Assembly (NCBI GenBank): GCA_963924565.1
Contig: OZ004612.1
Coordinates: forward strand, 7,130,001-7,194,000
DNA length: 64,000 bases
Direction of reading: 5' to 3'
Source of the DNA: Ascidiella aspersa
Lineage: Eukaryota
Part shown: positions 1 through 26,308 of the stretch, one piece after another
Position numbering within the stretch: position 1 is the stretch's first letter
Layout of the letters: each line of letters begins with the position of its first letter
Notes under the pieces: model-generated
What the model saw: only the letters and a program-made list of their open reading frames with translations
Told to the model about the DNA's origin: nothing
The model's database searches: none
Made by a program: the position numbers and the translations under genes

Positions 1-1128
1 CTTGTAAACCAGCCAATGTTCTTTTATTTCTTTTAACTGAGGCGTCAAACATTCTCGCTTCGTTTATTAAATCCAGCCTTATAGTGTGGGCGTATATGTT
101 ACCGAGATGTTTACATGTTTCGTCATATGCCATGCTGCTGTTTTTTTATTACTATAACCTTTGTCGGACCGCCGTGACGAATTCGAACGCAGTAACGAAA
201 TCTTATTCTAAATTAGGCGATTTGCACAACAAAACAGACTACAGCCATACCTTATTGGCAAAGCTCCCGGCCCCGTTTTAAACTTAAAATCGTTGCCAAA
301 GTGTCTGTTAAAATTATGGTTGGTTTGAAGTTGTCCAAATGGTTTACGCTATTATGATTTGATGTAATTCTTGTTATTTTTTAAATTACTTATCGAATAA
401 ATCCAAATGCTCGTGTTTGCCATCAAAATCAAAACTTACAGACAATTAGAGTAAATAATAACGGTAAGTGTTGTAATGCATATCTATTGCGATAAATGCG
501 TTTAAACCAATGTAAAATTTTATTTTCGCAGAATAAATAATTTATATCAAAGATGCCCGAAACAATGTTACTGCTCCAATTCGATGTGCAAAAAACATTA
601 AAGGCTACAATATTTCTTGGCTAGAATTTTAGGGCTCGAGATAATAAGGATATTGTTACTACAATAATATTAAAGCGAATTGTTACCACATGTTGGAAAA
701 TGTCACTTAGACCCATGGGTGAACCATGGTAGGCTATTGAGGGGTCAACTTTTTTAGGAATGATGTAACTTTTTCACGTGACGTCTTAAAGCACCTAATC
801 TTTAAATAACATTTTGTTGTCCAGCGAATTCAATATTTTTTGAATAACAGCGTTTGTAGTTTAATTTAGTATAAACTTCAGTGTTTATGAATTCACAAGT
901 ATAACATCTTTGGGCTGAATTAATAACAGACAAAAGCGAAGTAAAATGCATGGAAGCTGAGTATTTTTGTAAAAAAAGTTTACATTTACATAATAAAAGT
1001 TTATATAGATTGAAAAGGAAGCATGGTCTTATGATTTTCTGTATCCTCCCGTGCATATATGTCTCAGTACTTACACTAAGCAAAAGTGCACCTGTTCCAA
1101 TCGGACACTACTCGGAGATCAGTTTTAC

Positions 1129-1401
1129 CTTAGCTGGATACGGTATGACGACAGCTTCCACGGTTAGCATGACAGCAAAGATGGTGGCGTGGTTCGAAGC
1201 GCAGGCGACTTTTCCCTGCTCCATCCCGACCAGCGTCATTCCAGTAGCCTCAAAGTCGCCCGTACTGGTGTTGTAGAACACGCAGCGAAGTTTGGCACTT
1301 CGCAGAATTAAGGTTCCAGTCTCGTTGCCTTTGTAGCTTTTCACCGAGTAGATTGAGTTGATTATGTCAGTCATGTTGCTTGTCCGAACTTCGTAACTTA
1401 A
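1129..1401 (-). CDS. Receptor A exon encoding the GAIN C-terminus and GPS motif
   Basis: Acceptor AG at 1403-1402, donor GTAAAA after 1129; LSYEVRTSNMTDIINS...LRCVFYNTSTGDFEATGMTLVGMEQGKVACASNHATIFAVMLTVEAVVIPYPAK; matches ORF 1108..1374. Confidence 0.8.
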
Positions 1402-4400
1402 CTTAAAGGGTAAATGTTAAGTCACAACATTATTTGACAACAGCAACTTTAAAGTATAGCACGGAGTCGCACAAAAAAATAATAAAACATATCATGCAGG
1501 ACTTCGGCTTCTTTAGGAAGCATAAAGAGAAGATCGATATTCAAAGTCAAATATAGTTATTTTAAGTATAGGCCTACTGTAGTTATTTGTGTCCCAGTTG
1601 TTGATGGGAAAAACAAGATAAAAAATAATATAATGTACAAAAATAAGGCACGAACATTACAACCTTTTTTAGTGCATAAAAAAAATGAATTTTTAATTTC
1701 CCAACTATTGATCATTATGATTTTTTTAATAGTATATCATTTTCATAAGGAGTAAAGTAAATTATAGTGGAATGGCCAACAGGCAGTGCATTTAAGCGAA
1801 CGATTTAATTTAAGTGTACGTAAGTTACTGGTTTTAATTTAATTAACTTAACCTATAAGTCTTTTGGACAAAATCGCTTAACTTTACCAAACCCTTTCGG
1901 ACAAATAAATTCATTTCACATAAGCGTGTTCTTCAATAATTAATTTTTGGTACAATTTATTTAGTCTTACCGCAAAGTCTGTTAGTAATAATGCTTGATA
2001 GCTACATATTACGTTTTGTTATTCGCGAATTAAAACATCTTCCGGATCGGATAAATTTACCAATTATAATAATTTACCATTTTATTTATACTTTTGTAAA
2101 TGACATGCCCAGCCTCTACTTGCTATAAAAATTACTTAGACTGAGCCTTGACTTCATGTGTTTAGTAAATGATTTGACTTTTAGTTGTTTTTCTGCAAAT
2201 GATTTAACTTTCAATTAAAAATGACTGGTTTGCAACACAGTAAAAATTTACTTAAATAAAAAAAAATCTGCATACCGTAACATTTCCCGTCAATTTTGCG
2301 GGTGTAACTCCCAGTAGGGTTCCCATCAAAAAGTTGCCTTCAAGAGTTCCGTCTTCCTTCAAAGATTTGTTGGCAACCCATTGGTTGGTCGGTGGGGTAA
2401 AATTGATCAATTCCAGTGCCACCGCCTTTGGTGTAATAAATGACGTCAGAGCTACGTCATCGAATTGGTAAGTGGTCGAGTTTCCTGGCTCGTGCATCAG
2501 GTATTCTACTTTGGCGTCGTTTTCTGAACAAGGCTTGCCTTTGGTGTCGGTTTCTGAACAAGGCTTGTGCTTTAACAAAATGGGTTTAGTTCCTTGTGTT
2601 TAGTAAAAGAAGATAACATTTCGGCAACGTGGACACAAACCAATATACGTTTGATTTCGTTAAGTCACCGAGAACATCATTTCACATTTTCGGATTTTTT
2701 GAGGTTGGTTCTAAGCACGATTTTTTTAGAATTCAAAATACTGTAGGGCGGATAAAAAGACATGCTCATTTTTATTAAATTCGTGCTTTGCTCACTTAAA
2801 AAAGTTGAAAGGAATTGGGTCGCCAAATATTCGCTGTTAGCTACCCTTGGCATTTAGGCAGGGAGTCTAACCGGAACCGAAGTGGAACTTTATGAACCGG
2901 TTTTGGGTCAATTTTTTTCGAACCGTAACCGAACCTGTACCGTTTTTTAAACGACTTTAAGTAGCCGAAGCGGAACTGAACCAAATAATTTGAACGAACA
3001 TGAACTTTAAACGAACCCGAACCTGAGCGGTTTGCTCCAGCATGACGTCACAACTTGTATTTTAAAGACTCAAATTATGTCATGTTTAAAATTTTATAAA
3101 CAAATTTGAATATTGATTAAAAAACGTTGATTTTTTTTATTTTTTAGATATTTAAATAATGAGTTGCTGTTTTCTTAATACGTCACGTAACTTTAACTGA
3201 ATGACTTACTATTCATAGATTATTCTCTACATTTGTTGACCTACATTTTTAGATTTAACGCAATTTATATAATATCCGAACCGGAACTTTATCAACCGGT
3301 TTTGAAATAACGATGGTCGGACCGGAGCTGAACCGTAACTTTTGATTTGCTCCGAACCGAAACCGAAACTGAAACTGAACCATATTCCGAAAATATCCTT
3401 AAACCCGAACCGAACCTGAACCGGAAAAGGCAAACGGTTCGACTCCCTGTATTTAGGTCGTAGTCCCATCGAAAAGGAATGGTAGCCCATAATAAAATAT
3501 ATTTTATGCACAGGCTATGATAAACGAATTTACACTGCTGGGCATTTAGATATTGACTTAGCCAAAACAAATTGGTTTGGTGGCTTTAAGGTTAAGACTT
3601 TCTTACAAATCGTAATTTGAATCGCCCGCAACTTGATTCAGTAATTACTCATTATGCTTCAGGGTAAGTAGACCAGTTTGTGTAAAAACAAACAAATTGA
3701 TAAACTTTTTAAAGGTTCACTTTTAGTTTTCGCTTTTTAACCAATACTGATCTAACGCTGAACTTACCGAATTTAGAGCAGATGTCGTTTTGAGAATCAT
3801 CGCTTTTAATGCGATAAAATGTTGCTGTAAATAAAAAGGTTGATTTAATATGATTTAAGTTTGCTAGATTTTGTGTAGTTGGATTTTTAAAAAGCAGGAC
3901 ATAGGCCTGTACACATTAATGATGTAACAATTTGTTGCATTTATATTATGCAATACGCTAACTTATACATTAAATTCATCTTATTGTTCTGAACTTTGAT
4001 CTAAATGCTTTTCAATATACTAGAGCCGTCGTCGCAATAGATATTAAATTATTTATTCTAAACTAAAAAAATAATTCTCGAAAAACACCACCAAAGCTCC
4101 CGAGAAAAAACGAAATCGCAAATATGGAAAATCAATACCAAACATTAGCATTATATCTTGGTAGAATATCTCTCCAATTTCGCAAAATCATTTATTTTTT
4201 TTACCTAGCGGGGGCGCGCGGCAAACAATGCTTCAGGGTATAAGCGTTGATGAAATTGTTTATAAGCCTGGTGGGTTAAAAATTACACTTACCATTGAAG
4301 TAACACACATAAGAGTTTTTTTCGTCCCCGTCTATGTTGTCCCACTTAGTTGAATCTCTCATCATAATCACGCATTTTTGATCTGGATCAGACGAAGGCT

Positions 4401-6405
4401 GACATGTATTCCAACTGTCGTGATATGTAACGCTGCTTCCATCCGTCCAACGATAAGAATTTTTTTGATCTATATTTGTTTCAGAGCGTGCTCCTGCGAA
4501 GTTCAAATTTATAAGAACAAAATTTAATTTCTAATTATATACTTCGTCAAACCATTATATAACCTGTGTGTAGCAGGACAGCAAGAGCCTAGTATGACGT
4601 TGTAGTGGAAAATACAGTATGGTGGTCGTATTTTGTTTTACAATAAGGTCTTAAAACCAAGTTACCAAAGTCGAAGAGGTTCAAAATTGGTCAGGGTGAA
4701 CATTATTGTAGTTTAAATAAAAAAAAAAATTTAGTGTCGACAATGTTTTTTTTTTAATAAGTAAACGCCTACAAAAAGTACAACAGCCTTGAAGTTATTG
4801 CAGCTGTCTTAGGATGAATTGTGGTAAACCAGTCGTTTTATAATGTGGTCATAAGTGGTTCATATTGGGCACGAATGCTTTAATATGTTCTAACTGACTT
4901 CCTCATTTAATATTGAGCAATACCCGAAAAGCTAACACAAACAATGCAGCACAAAAACAAACCACTAGTTTTGTTAGAATTACCGCCTGATTTGTTAAAA
5001 AATATATTCAAAGTAAAACATTTCTAAAAAAACTGTGACTTTTAAATAAGGGTTACTCGGCTACTCGCCCATTGATATCATTACAAAATTGTGTCGCCGA
5101 CGGCACTAGTTCTCGTGATTAAATTTATTGGAAGTGGTTTTAAACCTAGGTAAGATTTTCAAAAATTTGATAAAAATTGCGGAAAAACTACGAAGAAATG
5201 GCTCATATTGATGAAATTGTAAATTATTGTTGCTATTTTCTTGTTTGTGATGTCTTGCTTATTACCAATCTACTTAAGAAAGTTGAGTTGACAAAATTTC
5301 GCTATTATACTTTAAGTTTGGTGTTTGGGTTGCCGCCTAAAATGTTAATAAACACTGTTTAAGCAAAATAAAGCCGTTTTACACCTCTTCTGTATATTGA
5401 AAATTTGTTCACCTGAGTATAGATATTTATGTGAGATCACAAACTTTCTTACCGATCCACATGTCGACACCAGGATTGTATTTTCTACCAATACAAGAAA
5501 CGAGTCCGTTTTCGTGTTCGTCTTCGATTTTAGCCAGTTGGCCTGCTTTGTTAGAGCATATAACTTTGGCTTGATTAAATATTTTTCGATTGTTTTCCTT
5601 TTTCCCGAAAATTCCATATATCTTTACGCTAGTGCCATCTAAAATAAATAGAAATATATATGTCTATATATATCAAATTCAATTATAAAAATATCTAAGT
5701 CAATTATACCTTTTGTCATTCCTACTGAGAATCTATTCTTGGAAAGCACATCCCAAAAACAAATTATGTCCATATTAAGATTCGGTATTATTTTCTTTAT
5801 TGGAGTACAAAAGTACAAAATAAAAATTATTGCTGTGCATAACATACCTGTCAGTTCCAGTTTGCTTGCGATATCCAGGTCTTTAAAGCAAGATTTATAT
5901 GCATTTCGCTGACCAGGACCATTTAAACCTACAAACATCCATTGCTTTATTCGCAACAAAGTCTGGACTCGTCTCAACAGATTTACGAGGGGTAAAATCA
6001 TTTACGGGAGCAAAAGATAAGAACTAATTCTGCTTTTCTTACAATTAGCTCTGAGAAAGCATTCCTCAATTTTATTCAGTGGTTTGTTATAACAAGGCCT
6101 TAACAATTCAAAAACCATCTTTCGCGTGCTCTTTATACTTTGCGTTTTGCGGCCGGGTTTTAGCACAGTAGAAAATATAGTTATACCATCACAATTGCAA
6201 TAAGACGTTTTACCGTTTAAAAAGTTTTCTTCACACCTTGAATCCATTTTTACCCGTTGTACAACTTACCTCTCATCCGCACTTCATCGTTCACTTCGAT
6301 GACCATTCTTTGCCTGAAAGCTGTTAGTTGGTTAGACGCCAGATGAGAAAACAAGCAAAAGACGACAAAAGAAAACTGCCGCAATCCTTTCCGAAAACCA
6401 GCCAT
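1129..6405 (-). CDS. Receptor A (partial, probably continues beyond the window start): signal peptide + C-type lectin domain + short GAIN region + divergent GPS; adhesion-GPCR-like (polycystin-like not excluded)
   Basis: Seven phase-compatible GT-AG exons: 6405-6270 (MAGFRKGLRQFSFVVFCLFSHLAS...), 5928-5848, 5638-5453 (CTLD part 1, ...QAKVICSNKAGQLAKIEDEHENGLVSC...MWIG), 4493-4293 (CTLD part 2, YRWTDGS...WNTCQPS...KCV...KWDN...YVC), 3824-3768, 2553(or 2523)-2276, 1401-1129 (CVFYNTSTGDFEATGM...VACASNHATIFAVML). 404 codons, no stop. CTLD exon sizes (186, 201 nt) equal those of gene B. No TM exon found in 1-1128. Confidence 0.78.
2859..3449. mobile_element. hAT-like MITE with internal (AACCG/GAACC)n arrays
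   Basis: TIRs CAGGGAGTCTAACCG / CGGTTCGACTCCCTG; 8-bp flanks CATTTAGG (2851-2858) and TATTTAGG (3450-3457), 7/8 identical; two blocks of aaccga repeats; no ORF of note. Confidence 0.8.
4293..5638 (-). CDS. Receptor A C-type lectin domain (two exons, 5638-5453 and 4493-4293)
   Basis: A..IC....GQLA.I, WIG split by a phase-1 intron, YRWTDGS, QPS, CV, WDN, YVC. The first exon is not in the ORF track frame and was translated by hand. Confidence 0.85.
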
Positions 6406-7675
6406 GTGTTGTACTGATAAATACTTAAACCTGAACAAAACACGTCCAAATTACTATTGGCTTCGCTTTAACAACCACATTCCAACATGCTACAACGCAA
6501 ATTGCGATGAACGCTACTTTCAAATAAAAAATATTAAGCAAACAAACGATAGAGCGTCAAAATATAAATTGTTTCACGGTAACTAAATATTTGGAGCGGT
6601 CACAGTCATGCGTCCTAATTAGTGATTGCTAATATGTGTAACACGTTTTGTTCTTGTAGAAATAACCTCATTGTGGAAGAAATAGGCTTTAAGTCTAGCA
6701 TTGTGGACTTCAATGCAAACTTTATTCTCACACAACCTATTCAATTGGTGTCATAACCATCATAATAATCCCGCTATTTGCATCTTTGGTGCTTCGTGAC
6801 CCGTGTTGCAAAATACAAAAACTATAGAGAAATCTAATGAACTGACAACGAGATGCGGTTGAGCTTAGCCAGAACGGAAATCATTTCAATCCTGTTCACT
6901 GCTAAACATAATTGCAAAAGTTTGCATTGAAATGCAAATCAATTTGTTTAGACCACTTTACGAACTGGTTAAGTTTGAGAACATCTGGTGTTAAAGATTG
7001 CGAAATTAACAATTGATCCATTGCATTGCTATGCGGGCAACACTCGTGCTATCAATGCTAACAATATTTCATCCAGAACGGCGTCTATTTTGCTGTGACG
7101 CGATGTACAATAACGTTAACTTCCGAGGAAAATCCTAGAAAAAAAAACGATTGTACCTTCTTCGTATTGTGCTGTATAGCAATAATCCAATTACACTTTG
7201 TCAGATTCTTTGTGTCCATTAATTTGTTCAAAATTTTATTTTGTGCTGTCGGACAATAAAATTTGTTTCCGACTTAGAAAGCAAATGTACACTTTTGGTC
7301 AGTTAGCACTGTGGTCAGCAAATAATATATCTCTAAACTAAAACAAACCTCTTTTGTGAAGATATAAACATGTCGATTGTCGAATGACTTTGGCAACAAT
7401 TTTACAAATGCCAATGCGACAACTTGGTATTTTCAATGTAGAGGATTTCAAATAGCGTATGCTGCTTATTTATTTTTTAGCGCATTAAATTCAAATCTAA
7501 ATTTCTGTATAATTTGTTATAGGATTTTACATTTACAGAGTCAATTAGGTATTAAACTATCTTGGGTAGCCTATGTTATTTTCCTAGATTAAATTTAATC
7601 ATGTTGAAACTTATCACGTCTAACTTATTCAAATAGATTTAAATTAACCATGCGTGTTGAACCGTTAATGACCAG

Positions 7676-7912
7676 CAGGGGGAGATTTAGGAAAGGAGAG
7701 GGGCATTAGGCATTATAAATACCAGATGCATATTTTCTATCCTTTCTTCAAATGATTTTGGCCGTTTTAAGTAATTTAATAAGAATAAAGACGCTGTGCA
7801 TGCTTTGGCATGTTGCGTCGTGTAACTAATTTGACGTCTTGTTGTTACATAACTTTATAACTTCATTCCTATAAAATGTAGGCCCCAAACAAAAATCCTA
7901 GGTCCGCCACTG
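7676..7912. mobile_element. Old degenerate MITE
   Basis: Imperfect inverted ends CAGGGGGAGATTTAGG / CCTAGGTCCGCCACTG; TSD not recognisable. Confidence 0.45.
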
Positions 7913-8773
7913 AAATCAAGCATAGATGTGAGACAATATATTGGATTATATACCCGATGCCCCCATGTTACAAAACCATTTTGTTTTCTAATAATAAATA
8001 AAATAGAATATAATTCATAGGTTTCCAATTGCTAAGCAATTTGCTAGCCTGTCGACTTGGTAAATATGCCGTTTGTAGGTTTCTATTTCATCAATTGTCC
8101 TTTTTTTACCATAGTAAGGTCATATGGTAATATCGGATCTGTGTTATTTTTACCCCAAATCCATATAAACAAACCTTACACATATATGCTTGGTACTAAT
8201 CGATACCTTGACTTTTACTACTGACATGGTAATGTAGGGACGAACTGTTAGTATTTATTGGTAAGACTTAAAAACCTTACACCTTAAAATAGCTTAAAGT
8301 TACAAACAGGCTAAAAACAACCTACAAATTATAGAGACTGATAATATTTTAGCTTTAATTTTTTGTATTATTTTCGTTTGTAAGCATGAAACACTTTTGA
8401 GCGGGAAGCATATCAATACAAAGTGAAACACTTCGGGGAAAATAACAACGAACAACGACAAAAAGTAAATATAATAAACATAGAAAAAATCAACGAACCT
8501 ATCAAATGATAGTCTAAATGTCCACGGGAATGCTTATACATCGAAAAGCATTGGCCCAATGTTAAAATGATCACATATAGGTTTCCACGAACAGAATAAA
8601 AGTTCAACAAAAGAAAATAAGTCAGTGTTCTACCTTACAGGAGTGCCGGAGTGCAACTCCAGGTGTTGTTCGCTTAAATAAAGGAATAAAAGAATAAAGG
8701 GGGTTGTCCGCGCGAAAAGAGCGCATCGCGAAAATTAAAAAAAGTACGCCGGAAATCGAGGCCCGAAATCCCG

Positions 8774-21872
<13,099 letters not shown>

Positions 21873-23884
21873 TTGGAAGAGTTAAAACTCTTAGGTGGCT
21901 TTCGCTGGCAAAACGGACTTTACCGGCAATATGCACTTATCAGCTTAATTATGATATTCGATTAGTTCACGCGGCCTATTCGCAACTCCCGAAACCGTCG
22001 TAATTGGTTTGACCTACACAGGATGCAAAGAAGGGTTATCGATCGTCGCTTAAAACCAGCCCCGGGTTCGTATCACATCGCGTTGCGCGCCGCAATTTCG
22101 AACTTGCCCTTTCGCTGATGATATGCGAGCCGAAATCAAAGTGTATCGATTTGACTGGCGCACGTGGAACGAAGCCACTGACCCTGTCATTTGCGCCTAA
22201 TGGCCTCTCCCCTCGATCGCTTGTTTGTTTTTCGGGAACGCGTTTGTTCGACCTGTCCCGTGTTCAATTCGCTGGAGAATAATATATCGACAGCATGCAG
22301 CTTCAGCAACCGTCTACAGCGTAAAAAGGCCTGGTTGACAGCGCGATTTTTATGAATATAAGTTAAATGCATATGGAGCTACTCCGGGCCTGTGATTCGC
22401 AAGGACACGATTGTAGATCTACACATTTATATTAAAGCTTTTGTTGCTATATAGAAACGATTACTTTATCTGTTCACCCACACATAGGGAACACCAAGCT
22501 CACTCAAAAAGCTCACAAAACTTGGTTTAGTTCAATAGTTAAGCTAGCAGGATCATAAACTATACCAAAATATAGTTAAGTGTTATAAGCAAAAACATAT
22601 TCTCTCTGAACAGGCATAACTAAAGCTAACATGTTATCCACTTTTTTCGTAACTGGCGAGACTTTCAGTAATCCCATCTTATATATGCACTGCACACAGG
22701 CAGCTTTACGTAAGAGTTGTAACCTTGCGTATGACAAACCACGGACCCACAAACTTCTATCCATAAAACTGGCGCGCCGTCAAAGAACGAACACAAACCT
22801 ACGCATTACCCCAACATGACACGCGTGCAACATTGCAAGTTACAACCGGCCCTTTCTCAAACGGCGGCCGGACGAACTGGTCATAACACCGCGTCCTGCT
22901 TAGAAGCGAAACCACGCCGCTTGCAAAAGCGCCAGACGCCCAGGGGATTAGGCCGGATTAAAGGGGAGTTGAATGGCAAGAGCCCCTGCCCAGTCGCTGC
23001 AAACAATCGCGAGTAATCGTGCCGCGATTCGACACACCTCGCCCAAAAGTGTCACGCGAAAAGGAAATGTTTAATGACTTTTTTGCAGTTGCTGCTGTCC
23101 AGCGGTGAACGGCCGCTCTACTTTTTGATGTACATCAGATCCAGCATACCCAAGTCGTATTTTCTTATTTAACTAAAATAAGTTACCTTTAGGAAGTCAT
23201 CTTGTTTGCAAACGATAACCAACACACTTAACCTACCTCTAAAACGTGTATATTTGGCTATCTATCTTCTATATATTTAAAGCGATACTTACATAAGGCC
23301 TGTAGATTTATAATGGGACAAAGCTCTGAATTTCAATCGATAGACTTCCGCACAACTATAAAATTAATGTGCATCTGTCGCGCCTCATTTTTCTGTTTCT
23401 GAGTTAAAAATCTGAGCCTTGCACTTTATGTAAATCAAATCAAATCTTTAGATTCCTGATAGTTTGCAAGAGTTACCTATTGCTGACAGGGCTTTGAAAA
23501 CAAATGTGGCAGCTATAGGAGGTCGCATATAATGCAGAACACGTGAATGTTCAGCACGTGTCTGTTCTCCACTTATAAAAGCGTCCAGACCCTATTCGCT
23601 TGGGAAGGCCCTCGGTGCAATAATACAAACCAAGAGTGGCGTTTCATTGGGGGAAAGGGCAAACGGGTTCGTTCTGGAGTTTCTCGGCCTTTCCTGACTT
23701 TTGGCTTGCCGCAGTAAACAACCCTTTGCAGAGGCTGCTGCCTGGTATTTGGCCTCATTTGGGAAAAGCACTATTCAAAACTACTGGTCGAGGGGCATTG
23801 CTTATACTAAGTTTCACTGCAAAGTACTCGCTCAAAATAGCGCTAACCCGTCGGTCTTAACACATGCATTGGAGCTTTTAAGAT

Positions 23885-23932
23885 ACACACAAAGCTCTGT
23901 TTACGAAACACACAAAGCTCTGTTTACGGAAA
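23885..23932. repeat. Tandem duplication of about 23 nt
   Basis: ACACACAAAGCTCTGTTTACG occurs twice head-to-tail. Confidence 0.8.
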
Positions 23933-25990
23933 CTGAAAATAGCACGCATTTTGCAAAGTAACACTAAAAAAATTGCAGTCTCTCTAGCTTGTAGTCTCTG
24001 CAAGGTGTTTTCGCTGGCCCTGTCCATATAGCTAACTTTATTAAGCCTATACTCTCTTTAATTGTTTAGACGCTTCAGAATTAAACGGATTCTGAATCTG
24101 AATGCAGCCGCCACATCGACAACTGATTCCAGACTGAGTTTCACGCGAACTATATACCTGACCCTATTCCAGAGTCTCTTCTTCGCTCAGTCGGCAAATT
24201 TTATTGGGCGCCAGGCGGAATTGGACAAACACTGCCAATTAACCGCGGCCTCGGCGCCTTGTAAACAGGATATTGTTTATCGCGATGCGTCCTAGCTCTC
24301 TGTCAGAACAAACATAGCCCCTTTGACTGCAATATTGGCTCGCGCATTAGCAAGGTAAACTTGACAGAAGACAAAAGGATGTATTTGCTTATAACACTGA
24401 TTAGTTCCCCCGACCACTTGGTATACACGTTTGAAAGGTGACGTAGGATTTCGTGTTTATTTTAACGCGAACTCAATTAACGGCCCTTTTAGAAACACGC
24501 AATGTTGTGAACCTGACATTGCACCAACCTTGCTTTAAACAATTCGCAATATAAAACGCATCTTACGAAACTACGCTACATCAAAAGGTGTAATTTACCC
24601 CCATCCGATTCCCCTCTAGTATTTAAGTTGGTAAATTTAACAGCAAAACAGAGTAAATCGAACTGCACTAATCCCTTTACTGGCGTTGGCTTAACTTTCA
24701 AACTTTATTAGATGGAATTAAACAAGGCTGAAATACAAATAGTTGTGCTTTTAATGCAGGTTGACCCACTAGCGCCCATACACTTGCTGTTGCGAGAGGC
24801 GACGTCGAGTAAAACACCGAAAGACCTGAACTTTGCCCTTTGCTGCTGCAAGCGCGATTCTGTTCCTATGCTACAGTGTCATGAGATTGTTTAATAATTC
24901 AACCAAAGTAAATACCGCTTCAAACTGGGGCGCGAATTGGCTACTTGTAGTCCTAAATGTTAAATATAGGAGAAGGCTTCGTTTTGACCTTCATACGCGT
25001 GAGAGTATTTGCCGATGCGCGTAACTAACGTAAATATGTAATTGTGAATTTGGCGTTGGCATCGTACGGCTTTTTCGAATTATAAATTCGAATGAAAGCT
25101 TTTCTTCCGAAAACGTAGGTTTAGCTTTTCAGACAGAGATGTATAGTTCGACATTCTAAACATAGAAACCATTTCAATGCACAGATTCGGCGCTTAGCTT
25201 GAAAGCCAGACTTTCGCTACGAACAAAACGCCCTAAAAATTTAATTTCCTGTTGCCGAATAAAAAAAAACGGCCTTCAAACGTGAAAATCGTCCGAAAAC
25301 TGAGAAAAACCGGACGGTGAAAACGGTCGAAAGTCTGTGGCAAAGAGCGAGAGGGTTCTAAAACGGGGAAGTATTTACGGGCACATCCCGCACACCGTCG
25401 CTGCAGTTCCTCCCCCAGGCTTCGGCGAAATGCAAGCGCGTCGAACAATAACAAAAGGCAGTGCGTTGCCCTTGCCACACACGTTTTTAGCTTTCGACTA
25501 CTTTTGAAACACCTGCTTGTACACCGTGCGTTTAGTTGTTACTTGTTCTTTTAAATTTGCTGTTTCGAAAATGGAAACTTTCCAAACGCTGTACGCAAAA
25601 CAAAGGGGATAACCCCTTAATACCATGTAGGCTTATAGGTTACTAGCTAAGGAAAAATCTCTGGAACACCTACTACGCCAGTCCACAAACACACTGTTTT
25701 TGCTTTTGTTAGTTATTTTTTTAAACTTTCATTGTGGCCTTCCATTTTGCAGAACCTTTTCAGGCGCTGTCAAATTACAAAAAGTCGCACGTGCACTATC
25801 CTACGCAAGTTTTAGAAACGTTTCAAAGCACCTGCTCACACACTTTTCCCTGCATTTGATCATTGTCTTTAGTTATCCGTTTAAACTCAGCTTGTGTGTT
25901 TTTTTTTTACAATAGAATCCCTTTAGGTGCCGGCGACTGACGGTTATGCTTCGCTGTGGCCGACGTCCTACTTTCCACGCAGGCGGTCGT

Positions 25991-26308
25991 TGTACTTGCT
26001 GCACGTGACGTCATGCATGTTGAGCCGCACGTAAGCTTTATGATTTGTTTCCATCCTGACACAGTGAGTCTCTATTGACTGAGTTCGATTCACACCTTCG
26101 TGTACTGTTGCTCACTGCTAGTTCTGCGCTATTGGTACCTCTTTATGATCTTTCTGCTGTATGTACAGTGTATAAAGATTTACTTATGTTGTAATGCTAC
26201 ATATTTCTGCTGTTGCATCTTTACTATTACTTTTGTACTACTCCAATAAAATATAGGTGTTTCGTTTTATCCATTTAATCCAATGCATTATTGCTAACCA
26301 TATACACA
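25991..26308 (+). mobile_element. Solo LTR of an LTR retrotransposon (318 bp)
   Basis: Starts TGTA, ends CACA; flanked by perfect 5-bp direct repeat GTCGT (25986-25990, 26309-26313); internal TATAAA (26171) and AATAAA (26245); no internal coding sequence. Confidence 0.72.

Noticed and set aside
5345-6247. Consecutive minus-strand ORFs that first suggested a decayed transposase
   Set aside because: Explained by receptor A exons 2 and 3 plus intron; no DDE motif visible.
22115-22136. CTGATGA...GAAA hammerhead-like core (also CTGATGA at 57661)
   Set aside because: No stem II pairing or flanking helices; the second site lacks GAAA.
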